Below are positions 49,501 through 58,290 of a stretch of DNA of 64,000 nt, in pieces (positions within the stretch are counted from its first letter, which is position 1; every line of letters starts with the position of its first letter). The stretch covers positions 1 to 64,000 of the IMG/VR virus record IMGVR_UViG_3300033148_004259; one strand, given 5' to 3'. The notes below the pieces were generated by a model. It searched no databases. It was not told the DNA's origin and saw only the letters and a program-made list of their open reading frames with translations. Made by a program: the position numbers and the translations under genes. The stretch comes from a virus.

Positions 49501-52318
49501 TCCCGAGAGTTTGAAAGACCCCGATGTGGAAGATCTCTTCAATGGCAGTTCGTTCGGCGTCGCGCAGACTGTGTATCTGATCGGCAATGAGATGACCTCC
49601 GGACCGATCTCGCATGGTTTGACCCATCACGTGGTATCCGGATTTGATCGTCCTCTCTGCAGACTCGCGCTCAAAGGCGGACGGTATGCTTTCGACGTTC
49701 GGATAGATGTCCAGTCGTATTCCGGCCTTTTTGAAGAGCGGATCGAGATAGGCTTCGAGGCGTTCGACGGTTTGGGTAGGGCCTGCCCGAGCCTTCGTAG
49801 TTGCCTGTGGAATATAGTCGGCGTCCGTGGGGGGCGGTATGTAGTCCGGGGCCGGAGCTTTTTTCTCAGGTTTCGTGACGACTTTGGCCACCGGCTCCAC
49901 CTTGATCCCGGACTTGCGCCATCTGGCGGTACGAGTAACTTGGCCCTTGTCGGTCTTTTCAGACCACGAAACCCGGATGAAGTCGTCCTGGACGTCCGTT
50001 ATTCGAACGTCCCGCGTAGTTTCTTTGCCTTGTGTATTGGTGAAAGAAAGCGTGGTTGTCCCTTCAGCATCGGACCGGGCCTTCAAAGATGCCCAAAATT
50101 CGCTGTCCTGTGGCGAACCTGGGACTATCTCAGTTTCGGCGATGGTTGGTATACCTTCCGGAGAAACGCCCTCTACGGCTTCGAGAACGCGTTCTGCGTA
50201 CTTGACCGCCACTCGGTCTTTGGACTTACTCCAACGAACGAGCATGTCCTTGTAGTCGTCCCGACGGGACTCTTTGAGCTCTTGGTAGTATCGAATGGAC
50301 TGCTTGACCGCTCTGTCCACGCCCTTCATAGTGGCCGGTATGTCCGGAGGAAGAGATATGCCAGCCCTCTCGAATTCCCGCTCCTGGATGAAGTTCTTCG
50401 TAGTGCCGTGCGTGTACGCAATAGCATTGTTGGCCAGGGCAAAGGCCCTGCCGGTGTCCCCGGAGCGAAGAGCCTCTTCGGCCTCCTGAATTGTGCGCAA
50501 TGCGTTAGTGACTCGGTATCCGGCCTCGATGCGGTGCCTGCGAAGTTTGAACAGATCAATCAGATGTACGGACTGGTTGATGACACTTCGAGTATCCTGG
50601 ATATGCTCCCACACGGCTTTACTGTCGTTCCTGAGATTACTCTTCTCAATTATGCCTTCGGTGGCATGTAAGTTTCGGATCTTGGCATCTACGTCCAGGA
50701 TACCGGCATTGATGTCCTCGTATGGGGCATCGACTGGTTTGCGGCCCGGAAACGAACCGGGAGGGGCTGGAGTGATGATAGGCGACTTGTCAACTGCAGC
50801 CGCTTCCTCACGGGCGGCCCGGCGTACTACGCCCTTCTCGCCGGTCACATTAGGAGGTGGGATGGCCCGGTACGGCTGATGATAAGAATCCCACTCAGTC
50901 TGGAACGTGCCGACCGGGCGGCCCTTAAATGTCATGGTGGTTTTGGTAGGATGTTCAAGAGGCCCTATAGCGATGGCCTTCTTGACGGCTCGATACCATG
51001 GCTTCTGAGTCATCTTTACGACGTTGATTGTAGGGAATTCTACAACGAGCCCTTCCTTTATGGCCCTTTGCCAGTCGGTGCCTTTGGACTTCATGCCGAG
51101 AAACTTGGCAAGATCGGCCTCATCTGCCAGGGACATCTTTCCCTCACGAACCAGCCCTTTAATCCGCTTGGGAGATACGGACACTCTGAGATGCGGCGTG
51201 CGGTATTTGACCACATCGTGGGTCATCTTACGCCACAGCTTCGGACCCCCGCCAACCACACCCGCCTTGAGCATGAATCCAAACACGTCCGCCACGTCCC
51301 GGACGCTCTGAGGCGATCCTTCCGGAGCCATGAACTCCGTGATTGCACTCCCGCCTCCGAAAGGCGCATAAGGTCGGTCGTACATGAGATTAGCTGCGAC
51401 ATTGTCCAACTCGTCCAGAGTCATGAACTTTCCAATGCCCATGAGAGTAGCTTTGGGAGCATAGGAAAGACCGGCACCTATACCAAGCATGATCGGTAGA
51501 GAGAGAATCTCCATGGTTCCGGGACCTATAGGATAGCCTTCCTCGCGGGCTCTCTTCCTGAAATTGGCAAGTACTTCAGCCTTTGCCACTTCGTAGTCAG
51601 TCCCTTGGGTGCGAGCGATGCGTACGGCAATTTCATGAGCTATGGCCTCCTGATCTATCGGATCCGCCATAGCCTCAAGAGGCTGCCGAAAGAGTACTCT
51701 TTTCAGCATTCCTCCCAGAGTCTCCGGTTCTTCTTCCGGTTGGGGTGTCAGTACCCCTCCGTATGAGCCTGTTCGAGCAAGAATGTCTTCCCGTACCTGA
51801 CGAGTCTTGAGCCCGTTGAGAACCATCATCACGCGCTGTTCGGCCTCTTCCGTAAACACCGGCGGCTTGAGTGGGAGATCTCCTACCTCCTCTTCAGTCA
51901 TTCGAAGGATGTCGACGGGTTTCTGGGCTACGGCCGTAGCGTCAGACGGGGCGATCTCTTTTGCCCGCTTCTGTTCCAGGGCTTCGGCTTCGGCTTTCAA
52001 CTTGGCCTCATGCTCACTCTGGAGCTTGGCAAGGGCGGCGTCCGTCAAACGCGTCAAAGACGGGCCTTCCCACGTAGCCGGTTCTATGAAGCTCGGATCG
52101 GGGTCTTCGCGAGGCTCCGTCTCTTCTATCTGAATGGCACCGAGAGCTTCCTCGAACTCACCGAAGGACTCTCCGATGTTGTGCGTTTCAGATACCTTGT
52201 TGTAGAACGCATGACGGCGCTGTCCATCCGTCATGGCGTCCCGAAAGGTGTCGAAGTCGCCGATGTTGTACCGGCCTCTTAGGTTGTCATGCAGCAGCTT
52301 GAGCTTGTCGATGTCCAT
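43517..52318 (-). CDS. Giant virion-associated (ejection/polyvalent-type) protein, 2933 aa, with zincin HExxH motif
   Basis: One uninterrupted ORF, coupled to the upstream gene (UAAUG). THEIGHD at about residue 1909 (nt 46577-46594). HLDELQSD segment. TM-like stretch near the C-terminus. Follows putative internal virion proteins. Confidence 0.75.
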   Translation of the reverse strand: MDIDKLKLLHDNLRGRYNIGDFDTFRDAMTDGQRRHAFYNKVSETHNIGESFGEFEEALGAIQIEETEPREDPDPSFIEPATWEGPSLTRLTDAALAKLQSEHEAKLKAEAEALEQKRAKEIAPSDATAVAQKPVDILRMTEEEVGDLPLKPPVFTEEAEQRVMMVLNGLKTRQVREDILARTGSYGGVLTPQPEEEPETLGGMLKRVLFRQPLEAMADPIDQEAIAHEIAVRIARTQGTDYEVAKAEVLANFRKRAREEGYPIGPGTMEILSLPIMLGIGAGLSYAPKATLMGIGKFMTLDELDNVAANLMYDRPYAPFGGGSAITEFMAPEGSPQSVRDVADVFGFMLKAGVVGGGPKLWRKMTHDVVKYRTPHLRVSVSPKRIKGLVREGKMSLADEADLAKFLGMKSKGTDWQRAIKEGLVVEFPTINVVKMTQKPWYRAVKKAIAIGPLEHPTKTTMTFKGRPVGTFQTEWDSYHQPYRAIPPPNVTGEKGVVRRAAREEAAAVDKSPIITPAPPGSFPGRKPVDAPYEDINAGILDVDAKIRNLHATEGIIEKSNLRNDSKAVWEHIQDTRSVINQSVHLIDLFKLRRHRIEAGYRVTNALRTIQEAEEALRSGDTGRAFALANNAIAYTHGTTKNFIQEREFERAGISLPPDIPATMKGVDRAVKQSIRYYQELKESRRDDYKDMLVRWSKSKDRVAVKYAERVLEAVEGVSPEGIPTIAETEIVPGSPQDSEFWASLKARSDAEGTTTLSFTNTQGKETTRDVRITDVQDDFIRVSWSEKTDKGQVTRTARWRKSGIKVEPVAKVVTKPEKKAPAPDYIPPPTDADYIPQATTKARAGPTQTVERLEAYLDPLFKKAGIRLDIYPNVESIPSAFERESAERTIKSGYHVMGQTMRDRSGGHLIADQIHSLRDAERTAIEEIFHIGVFQTLGNDYAPFMDMVAEKYPAEVKSYRDRGWTDPRMAAEEVLGDHVDKDDLDTGLWERLRFLFKKWLRKLGSKIQWSDKDIKGLFASALRKARQARPAEPLDRTPMAQKAGEWYSKFREVIQTKMPAKGTVGQFQKILDSWKKKGFFREEEMSWFMEDSPLETRKGDARITAKELLAHIDENMPRLIVRSFGRGPFLRWEDHPDKPNTFVATDRSGGQYTITRVEDANLDLFDPARAASTYYVVQYPEGSFERFSNTYDAVAGAQRVARENAPETGTALYQDKYVAPGPFTDYREDLVYIGTPGREFMGHFGEPRFRIPAETPDEQFSLNFHIRSTERQTTEGTPTRHLDELQSDLRRSGRLFGYTKSLTLKDKAALQAEAEQLNQELVNVFEKAKDLVKHPYLEGMLWYDPVEGVGPHGQQDVPSPDEIETALEKLFYGMGQVEDPTMFTPAEKELIRTLHAELNRIRAAKQENLARRSPSTNVPPDVPHKKKWPLLGLKVFLRQAAMDGYEKVTFTSGEQVADLYDLRTYGVEEITYNPVEEELTALHGEGHELAAYSVSLDKLDQYVEKKIANDLRSQAEDFAGLRLEDYADAFSIEVVEDPSIPRTTYTVEDAYGGVVTDELATFEEAEDYIEGLVRELMQEDYSQMELPSVTGTDLAVGGEWAINLYNKQLINEANKYVKKWGTKVEWETMPFGEETRQVASLTFTPQMIRDLTGKPQPLFSLKQRFIPGTTLEGRGWILPDGEVHVGDPEILHVEHMYDLDDMGKITLEGGTPARDWDPTVEALEKGYHRLSILTDKDTGKNVAEILTFNEAAIPKIQQAIKDLPTHVHTVFLEVGNPEISSSSWKRWMGPRALFLQRGISQEPSYVWKLHNTAKIMQATKPVEYIPKEEVPEIQSLAKIHVDRFPVWPRSIKKTGRDFWMWTLWAARTLGPAYRYKNLHHTLFGTFDPSKPEGEIRLHDIRDVLTATHEIGHDIDWLLNKKNYPGGQLAISKRFPGTKYKDRELRAELEKISRIMRPTLWKEADENKALGKAWPRSYLTRHTELLADFISHYILSPRATRRKAPKMTEELVRKMAKNKEVLNAIAIMHMYRNEGYKEPPIAKDLRKAFKIPSAEKSTLRLVDKPGPLKFSSDRDLYEGVKFLGLMDDRHFKALYGATGPAMEKIQQLVPEESRHADLMVLVEGPAAVRQVEALRRLAARRRNPAKKKALTEWADKIEKGNRNPYTGETYESIKKRGTTKEEDKAMAVFEAWLELDRQYANMYKRTVGEAEYIRFLEHFAPHLYERPFSTKTQGGVSRWLKFTQSRRHRVLPTLGLAVDLGLVPRVRTLHGALEGWANINFRAAINSAFLTTLARVHGPEGLPVIMDPNKADQLKLRWPQVHYKHIQKYIVRPQKGKRIIISRSNVVAVHPEIKWLMDGLFAEAPNNKVARLLQAANYTAKAFELTLLSGFHHQAEWFSAAGALGWRVLPFVGGFYGKQAQKFGAKYHIGILKAGRTLIDIPEFKRDMQLAGLQFGRIHTEGINQMEKMLRSLENHLATIVGKQEAGAWKDALRFAYMGAKGVRKTYGVTQSLLWDNVDNVKAITYMKIVTDGIRKTDLPIHKIKEVAAQYANRNYGGLEWYNTVFRDPRVIWWLSQSLLSPDWTLAQLQTFGGLFEGVTLEAKNLLKAGKIDPRDLNKFRFSRSIYRKHWRRYIATVLLTTIIANYILSGKFPWENEHGHEWDVDYTNVYDAMPWNKDRYSQGDYARRYIALGKAGREIPRWGVDIHETFVPLRSMGHKSSPVARYLGEVLFGHQLGSDFPMPWEAPDLEGYQRATLIWKGAMEKLKPYSFGENNALLSFPMRKGMTHWKAIRAHEDLLFAKAKVAMGGIRGKTTKLHYTLWKGTPHLEKQIAEACKLNNVNYKKARREAEAGVKAYYYSKFWRSIKANSMGMAENYAKALFVLGVRPSGVIKSGRARAPELPEAVIKFGRDYYIKEYHAWKADRATAPETF

Positions 52319-52959
52319 TATCTAAAGAACCCCGGTATTTCTTCACGTCTTGCACCAAGTTGGCTTCGAACGCGGGCCATCTCTCTGTTAATGGAGTCCA
52401 TAACGGCTCCGTATCGTCGGGCCTTATCGTAGTCCATCTGAGGACTATCCGGATCCATGAACAGATCGTACATACTTTTGGCCTGGTCGAATTCTTCTTT
52501 CAAGGCGGTAAGCCGGTTTCTGAAGTCACGATGTACTTCCGCCAGGCTGTCTTTCCTGGCAGTGGCCTTGAGCTTCATTTCGGCTCTTGCCGCAGCGGCG
52601 CTGTCTTCCTCAACCGTGTGCCTGAACTTCTCTCCAGCACGGCCGAACTTCAGCAGGTTAAGTTCGTGTCTGAGCTTGAACATCTCATCCCGAAGCGCCC
52701 GGTTGGAAGAATCGGCCTTCGCTCTGTATTCACGAGCCAAACGACGCTCCTCACGGTCCAGGCGGCGTTGCTCTAAGTTTTCGGCCCTGAATATGGAGTC
52801 CTGCCTGGTCTTGGCAAGACGATCTTCACGGGCCAGAGAGTCCTTACGGTACGCATCGTAGTCGAACCCGGCCGGATAGCGCCCAACGCCGGTCTTTTTT
52901 TCCATCCAACGAAAGAACTTCCGAGCCTCGTCTATACTCCACTCCTTGTATTTTGGCAT
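52318..52959 (-). CDS. Coiled-coil, Arg/Glu-rich protein (213 aa), internal virion protein candidate
   Basis: Charged heptad-rich sequence. 1-nt overlaps at both ends. Confidence 0.6.
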   Translation of the reverse strand: MPKYKEWSIDEARKFFRWMEKKTGVGRYPAGFDYDAYRKDSLAREDRLAKTRQDSIFRAENLEQRRLDREERRLAREYRAKADSSNRALRDEMFKLRHELNLLKFGRAGEKFRHTVEEDSAAAARAEMKLKATARKDSLAEVHRDFRNRLTALKEEFDQAKSMYDLFMDPDSPQMDYDKARRYGAVMDSINREMARVRSQLGARREEIPGFFR

Positions 52960-53672
52960 CAGAAACTCCCTGTTCGTCTGAGATAGTCTCCAAAGATGCT
53001 ATCCTGACGTCCCAAACTTGGTTCGTTTTCTTCCTCTCCCTCCTCCTCCTCGTTCCATCCGGCAATTTTCCGAGCCCAGAGCAGATCGTCGATGAGCCGC
53101 GGATCCGGCTTGATTCCAAGCAGAGACGTCTTGACGTAGTCGCCCCATGGACCGCCGAGCATGTCTTTGGCCATGCCATACTTGGCTCCGGCCGATACAA
53201 GACCGCCTACCCCCGAGGCTACCTGACCCAGGGCACGGGCTCTTTCAGCACTCTGGCGTTCTCTGTAGGCCTCTTTCGCCGTGACAAACTGTTCGGAAGC
53301 CTTGGTAGCTGCGTCGCGCTCCGAAGCTGCAAGACGCTCTTCGAAGTCCATGAGCTTGCCGCGCACGTCCCGGTAAGGTCTGTCTAAGTACCGAGCCCCG
53401 ATTATGGATTTGCCGGACGGGTCCATGGACATGAGAGCCCTGCGGACCTGATCCTCTTCCTCAGAGGCAGTGGCCATCAGCTTCTTGAAGATGCGAGCCT
53501 GAAGGGTTTCCTCCTGCTCTTCGGTCATGGCGCCTTCGGACGCACGCCGACCGAGCATACGTCCCTCCCGAGTCTCTCCAAACTTGGGTCTGCGCCTGAA
53601 CAGATCGTACAAACCAAAGCCGGTTTGGACTATGGAGGGACCCGCCATTGCCGCAAATAACGGAAAAGGCAT
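52959..53672 (-). CDS. Internal virion protein candidate (237 aa)
   Basis: Gly/Ala hydrophobic patches plus charged helices. Called by position, between a tail protein and the giant ORF. Confidence 0.6.
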   Translation of the reverse strand: MPFPLFAAMAGPSIVQTGFGLYDLFRRRPKFGETREGRMLGRRASEGAMTEEQEETLQARIFKKLMATASEEEDQVRRALMSMDPSGKSIIGARYLDRPYRDVRGKLMDFEERLAASERDAATKASEQFVTAKEAYRERQSAERARALGQVASGVGGLVSAGAKYGMAKDMLGGPWGDYVKTSLLGIKPDPRLIDDLLWARKIAGWNEEEEGEEENEPSLGRQDSIFGDYLRRTGSF

Positions 53673-53683
53673 ATTGACCTCCC

Positions 53684-54622
53684 TTACTGGCGGTTGCGGT
53701 TCTTACTACCGATGCCCATTCCAGCTTCGACCTTGAAGCGATCATTCAGAGTTTTGACGTCGAGCAAGGCCATCTCCAAGGCCGCCTTCGAGCGATCCAG
53801 CTTGCCGGTCATCTTCCAACACTCGGCCTCGGCGAATGTCACGATCAGCTCGTGTAGCGATTCGTTCAGATCGCATGTGACCCCACTCAGGTTGAGCAGG
53901 TCGAAGTCGTGGGTCAGGAAATAGATGGTATCGCCGGTGGCAAAGTTCGAGGCCGCAGCGGGCGATACCGTGAAAGCACGGTCGTCAGTGCCTGGAACGG
54001 CGCCGATAGCATCATAGTCCGTTACAACGTGGTACGATCCCTGACTGATGGAGTAGATCACGGAGTCGTTGTAGTAGTCATCGTCGTCCGCATCGTCTTC
54101 AAGACCCTGATCGTCATCAACAAGAAACGTGGTTGTAGACGGTGTACTGTGCTCCGTTATAGTAAACTTGTGGAGCAGGGTTGTCGGCGTCTTGAGGTAA
54201 TACAAATCCCAGGTGGTTTCGGAGGTCGGAAGTACATAGACCTTGTTCTGGAAAATGTAGTACAACGGGTTCTGGGACGAGGCTGCATAGAAGGTGTTCT
54301 CCTTCTTCTTCAGGTCTGTAATGTCGATCCTGGTTGCGAAAACCCCGTCTGAATTACGCCCTACTCGAAGCACCCCTTCGGCACCCCGAAGCACTTTGTA
54401 GGCAGTCGAGTTGGACCCCGAACCATCCATCTCTATCATGCCCCCGCTGTGGTCAACAGACTCCTTGTACTCAAGCTCGGTCAGATACTTGTTGTCCAGT
54501 AAGTTGGCCAGCTTGTCCTGCGCATTGTTGAGCGTCAGGAGCTTAAAGCTATCGGTGAACTCCTTCTTGTCCAGGTCCTCCAACCGGGATGCGAGTTCGT
54601 CGATCATTTCGGATACGTTCAT
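53684..54622 (-). CDS. Adaptor/connector-like structural protein (312 aa), paralog of 62911..63582
   Basis: Shares with its paralog an N-terminus (EMxDELxxRL...LNxAQ), a central YVxP...Y(L/K)xxPTT(L/M), and a C-terminal CxL...AEA. Confidence 0.7.
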   Translation of the reverse strand: MNVSEMIDELASRLEDLDKKEFTDSFKLLTLNNAQDKLANLLDNKYLTELEYKESVDHSGGMIEMDGSGSNSTAYKVLRGAEGVLRVGRNSDGVFATRIDITDLKKKENTFYAASSQNPLYYIFQNKVYVLPTSETTWDLYYLKTPTTLLHKFTITEHSTPSTTTFLVDDDQGLEDDADDDDYYNDSVIYSISQGSYHVVTDYDAIGAVPGTDDRAFTVSPAAASNFATGDTIYFLTHDFDLLNLSGVTCDLNESLHELIVTFAEAECWKMTGKLDRSKAALEMALLDVKTLNDRFKVEAGMGIGSKNRNRQ

Positions 54623-54639
54623 GGTGAACCTCCGTTATG

Positions 54640-57600
54640 TCACTCGTCGTGGACTACCCGTATGCGAGCGATCTCAGTGTTGGGTGAAATACCGCCGGAC
54701 CTGGAAGTGATGAGATAGTTGTAGCCCGTGGCCGTCTCGGCAGTAATGAGGTAGTTATCGTGGTTCTCGGTGATCTCCATGGTGAATTTCTTGGCCCGAA
54801 GCTTCGGGACAATCTTGTATGTAGTCATGACGGCTGAGGCCGGAAGTGTGTACGTGGTGCTCTCAGCGGTCGTGTTGTTTTCGGTGTAGAACGCAACGGC
54901 CAGGGCCGTAGCGGACTTGTACGTGATCCAGATGTATCGAACCACCTCAGAGCGTTCGTCCGAGACGTTGATGTTTCGAATCCGAACTTCGGCCTTTGTC
55001 TCGCAAGACACGACCTTCCCATCATCGTCGTCACCGCCCGGGGCCGTTTTATAGGTAGTTACACCGGCCACCCCCGTGAAGGTCCGGGAAGTCTTCCCAA
55101 CTCCATACTCCGTATCACCATATATGATGGCATAGGTCGTGCCGGAGACGTAGTAGTCCTGCCCCTCGATGATACTTCCAGACGGTACGTTCTCTTCGGA
55201 TTCGATCAGACGATACACACGAGCCTTCCCACCAGGTCCATCCGCGGTGCTTTCCCAAGCCAATATTTGAGCCTTTTCATCAAGGGCCAATATGGACGGC
55301 TTGACAAGGGTGCCTTGTGTGCTCCCGATGTCCACTTCACGCCATGTACCACGGCCTGTGTGATAGGCCCACGTGACCGTGTAAGTGGTCCCGCTGGTTG
55401 TATACCGAAATACGTAGAAGATCTCCTTGGTCCACTGATTATACTCTGCGAGGATCTGCTCCTTTTGGGCCTTGGTCATTGCATTGTATACATTATCGAT
55501 AGGCTCTGTAATCTTGAGTCGTTCTGTCGGAGTCTGGTCCGAAGGGGCCAGGTTGTTCGGTTGGAGCCTGTAGATCCCGTCGTAAAAGCAGACAAAGACA
55601 GAGCCCCCTGCTTCAATATAACCATACGGGGCTATGTTTCCAAGGTTATGGACAATCTCACGGGGCTTCAGGGTACTTGGATCGACCAGGCGGATGTCGG
55701 ACCTCTTCATCACAACGATATTGCCGAACATCCCGGCAATGCCCGTGATCTCACCACCCTCACGGTCCGGAAATCGTGCCACGTTGGCCATTGGCGTGAC
55801 GTCAAACTGGTTCGGCTCCGAGACGGCAATCCAGTCGCGGTGTTCTTCATTCTCCCCACCGGGGTCCAGAATGATGTTTCCCTGCACGAGGCGGTTACCG
55901 ACAATCTTGGCAAAGAGACCATTCACATTGATGGACTTCGAACCTTCAAAAGGATGAGTACTGCGAACCGGAAGGTTCGTGTCAAAGAACATGTATCCTG
56001 TATCGCCTGATACCCCGAAGTCGTCGGTAAAGTACAATCCGTCTTCCAGGGTCACAAGGTGGAATTCCTGTTCGGTTATGTATTCTCCTTCGGCGGTCTC
56101 ATGTGTTCCAAGCCGCTTTCCAACCTGTACGGCCCGGCCGTCGCTGGCACTTATCGTACAGAACTCTCCGTTGGCAGCCATCGTATCTGCAGCAGTACCG
56201 GTCCCACCATGGTTTGCAATGATGACCCCGCCAGAGAGAGTCTTCTCGTCAATAGCGGTTGCAAGAAGAAAGCAGTTGTTCCCACCATGCGCTCCGCTGG
56301 AGCCGGTATGGTCGTCAAAAGCACTTTCAACCGTCTCCTCTTCTATTTGGTAAGCCGAGTCCCAATAGTCCCGAACTAAATCGTCCTCTCCGGCGTCAAG
56401 AACCAGATCGCCCGTTGTGGTCCGTGTTGTGCTGCATGTGATGGCCGAGGTATAGTTCACCATGTCCCGACTCTTGAGCTTTATTCTGATCTTGTCCTCG
56501 CCGTTTCCTACGGGAGTTCCGACCAGCCCCGGAATGTGTATTCGCCGACGCATGGAACTTACGCCAGTACTTGCCCCAGCAGCCTTAACATGGTACTTGT
56601 TCGCCTTCCGCAGAAAATTGATGTGCATGATCTTAGCATAAGGACCTTTCTTGGCCCCGGACCGGTACACGTTCATTCCGGTGATTCGAAGGTTGTGCTG
56701 GGTCTTGGTGATGCTAAAATGGAACGCACTAAAAGAGACCGGAAAGTACTGGACTTCCAGGGCATCCGAAAGCAGAGACTCCTGGACACCGTCGTAGATA
56801 TAGGAGAACTTGTAGAAGAACACCGGACCCAAAGCATTCGGACTGTATCTGGCTTTGGCCGCCTGCATGGCCTTCACAATGGCAGCGCCCTGGCCCTCAC
56901 CGGTCGGCGTGTATCCCTCTCCCCATTGCTGTTGCCAGGCTTCGTAGATCTCGGGCGGTAGTTCGTCGTTTGGTCCAAGGCTAAGCTCCGTCTTGATGTC
57001 CGCAAGAGTAGACGCCTTCGGGACGTACTCGTCAAGAATAGCTTCGCTTTCTTGGGTCGTGCTTACCCTGGTCACCTTGGAAGAGAACCGAATGTATCCT
57101 TCCTTTTCACCCCCTGGAAGGACATCCACCAGCAGAATAGAAGTTTCGGGGGTGCCTGTGGACCAATCTACTGTCGTTCCCCAAACCTCCCACATACCAA
57201 AATTGGTCGTGTTGCCCTTAATCTCGATAAAGGATCCGGGAAAGATCTTATCGGACCAGGCTCCGGGGATAAGTATCTGAGCCTTTCCGCCCTCAGCGAA
57301 GTTCACGGTGAGGTCCGTAATTGGAATTTCCATGTCGCGCGGGGCGAAGGCACCGTCGCCTTCGAAGACCCAGGTCTGGATCGCGAGATCATTCAGGTTT
57401 GGGCGCTCCGGTGATACCGGATACTGACGGAACCCGGCCGTGTACGTGGCGGGGAGATATGTCGCGTCAAAATAATCTCGGTCAATATAACCAAGCCACA
57501 TCCCGAGAGCCACACGGTCGATAGTAATGGTCCCTTCTATGCCGTCGGCGGCAATCGCCTTAAAGCTCTCGTCCACATAGATGTGACCCTCGTTCCCGTC

Positions 57601-58290
57601 TATCTCGTACCGAAGCACTCTGTAGGTCCCGTCGTTGGCCCCGCCAGCAGACCCGGTGACGGTGAAAGTCTTTCCGGGCTGGAACAGGTACACCCAGTTC
57701 CCGCCCAAGAACTCAAACCGCTGGTTCGTGAGGTCGGCCACCTTTATGGGGCGGGTGCCGCTCTGGACGCCAAGACGTCCAGGAAGAATTCGCAATGTGT
57801 TGTCATGCGCTATAACAGGGTTCTTCGCGTTCTGTCCACTGTCGAGCTGGGCCCGGTGTACGTATTGACCGTCGGTAAAACCGTTGCGCAGAATGATAGG
57901 CTTTACACTGCCTTCCAGTTCGTCCCACTTGTTGTCTCCAGCCTTGTCCGGGTTCCACTGCCGCAGGGTCAGGAGCTTTGTCGAAGAATTGACGTTGGCG
58001 GCAATGAGAGCCCAATCCTGGGTTGCGTCAGCCGTAATGGTCCCTAAAATCTTCGGATGGAAGAACGTCACGAGGTTCTTCGCGTCCGAGATTTGGCTCG
58101 CGCCGGTGTCCGGATAATCCGGATTCATGCCGAAGGTCTTTACAAGCTTGCCCATAACGGGCTTCATGTTCTTTAGCACGACCACCTGATTGCCGCCGAG
58201 ATCCTCCAAGTCTCCATGCTGCACAACACCGCCGCTGAAGTCCTTGATGACAATCTCTTTTGTACCCGGAGGAAGGTCTGTCCGGCTCAT
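54640..58290 (-). CDS. Large tail structural protein (1216 aa)
   Basis: Beta-rich uninterrupted ORF in the late operon, upstream of adaptor-like and internal proteins. A nozzle/tubular-B-like role is inferred from position only. Confidence 0.7.
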   Translation of the reverse strand: MSRTDLPPGTKEIVIKDFSGGVVQHGDLEDLGGNQVVVLKNMKPVMGKLVKTFGMNPDYPDTGASQISDAKNLVTFFHPKILGTITADATQDWALIAANVNSSTKLLTLRQWNPDKAGDNKWDELEGSVKPIILRNGFTDGQYVHRAQLDSGQNAKNPVIAHDNTLRILPGRLGVQSGTRPIKVADLTNQRFEFLGGNWVYLFQPGKTFTVTGSAGGANDGTYRVLRYEIDGNEGHIYVDESFKAIAADGIEGTITIDRVALGMWLGYIDRDYFDATYLPATYTAGFRQYPVSPERPNLNDLAIQTWVFEGDGAFAPRDMEIPITDLTVNFAEGGKAQILIPGAWSDKIFPGSFIEIKGNTTNFGMWEVWGTTVDWSTGTPETSILLVDVLPGGEKEGYIRFSSKVTRVSTTQESEAILDEYVPKASTLADIKTELSLGPNDELPPEIYEAWQQQWGEGYTPTGEGQGAAIVKAMQAAKARYSPNALGPVFFYKFSYIYDGVQESLLSDALEVQYFPVSFSAFHFSITKTQHNLRITGMNVYRSGAKKGPYAKIMHINFLRKANKYHVKAAGASTGVSSMRRRIHIPGLVGTPVGNGEDKIRIKLKSRDMVNYTSAITCSTTRTTTGDLVLDAGEDDLVRDYWDSAYQIEEETVESAFDDHTGSSGAHGGNNCFLLATAIDEKTLSGGVIIANHGGTGTAADTMAANGEFCTISASDGRAVQVGKRLGTHETAEGEYITEQEFHLVTLEDGLYFTDDFGVSGDTGYMFFDTNLPVRSTHPFEGSKSINVNGLFAKIVGNRLVQGNIILDPGGENEEHRDWIAVSEPNQFDVTPMANVARFPDREGGEITGIAGMFGNIVVMKRSDIRLVDPSTLKPREIVHNLGNIAPYGYIEAGGSVFVCFYDGIYRLQPNNLAPSDQTPTERLKITEPIDNVYNAMTKAQKEQILAEYNQWTKEIFYVFRYTTSGTTYTVTWAYHTGRGTWREVDIGSTQGTLVKPSILALDEKAQILAWESTADGPGGKARVYRLIESEENVPSGSIIEGQDYYVSGTTYAIIYGDTEYGVGKTSRTFTGVAGVTTYKTAPGGDDDDGKVVSCETKAEVRIRNINVSDERSEVVRYIWITYKSATALAVAFYTENNTTAESTTYTLPASAVMTTYKIVPKLRAKKFTMEITENHDNYLITAETATGYNYLITSRSGGISPNTEIARIRVVHDE

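Noticed and set aside
48458-50671. 737-aa plus-strand ORF, with other long plus-strand ORFs at 43397..44470, 44693..45610, 45653..46366, 50879..51499 and 61251..62447
   Set aside because: All are antisense to the 2933-aa or 1202-aa minus-strand genes, which have coherent domain-like sequence and operon coupling. The plus-strand products are Arg/Ser/Gly/Leu-rich with no RBS, as expected for shadow ORFs.
43517-52318. Virion RNA polymerase (N4-like or crAss-like) within the giant ORF
   Set aside because: I could not find T7-like motifs (DxSxSGxQH, RxxxK...YG, HDS) or two-barrel DxDGD motifs by eye. A negative result from manual reading is weak, so profile searches are still recommended.
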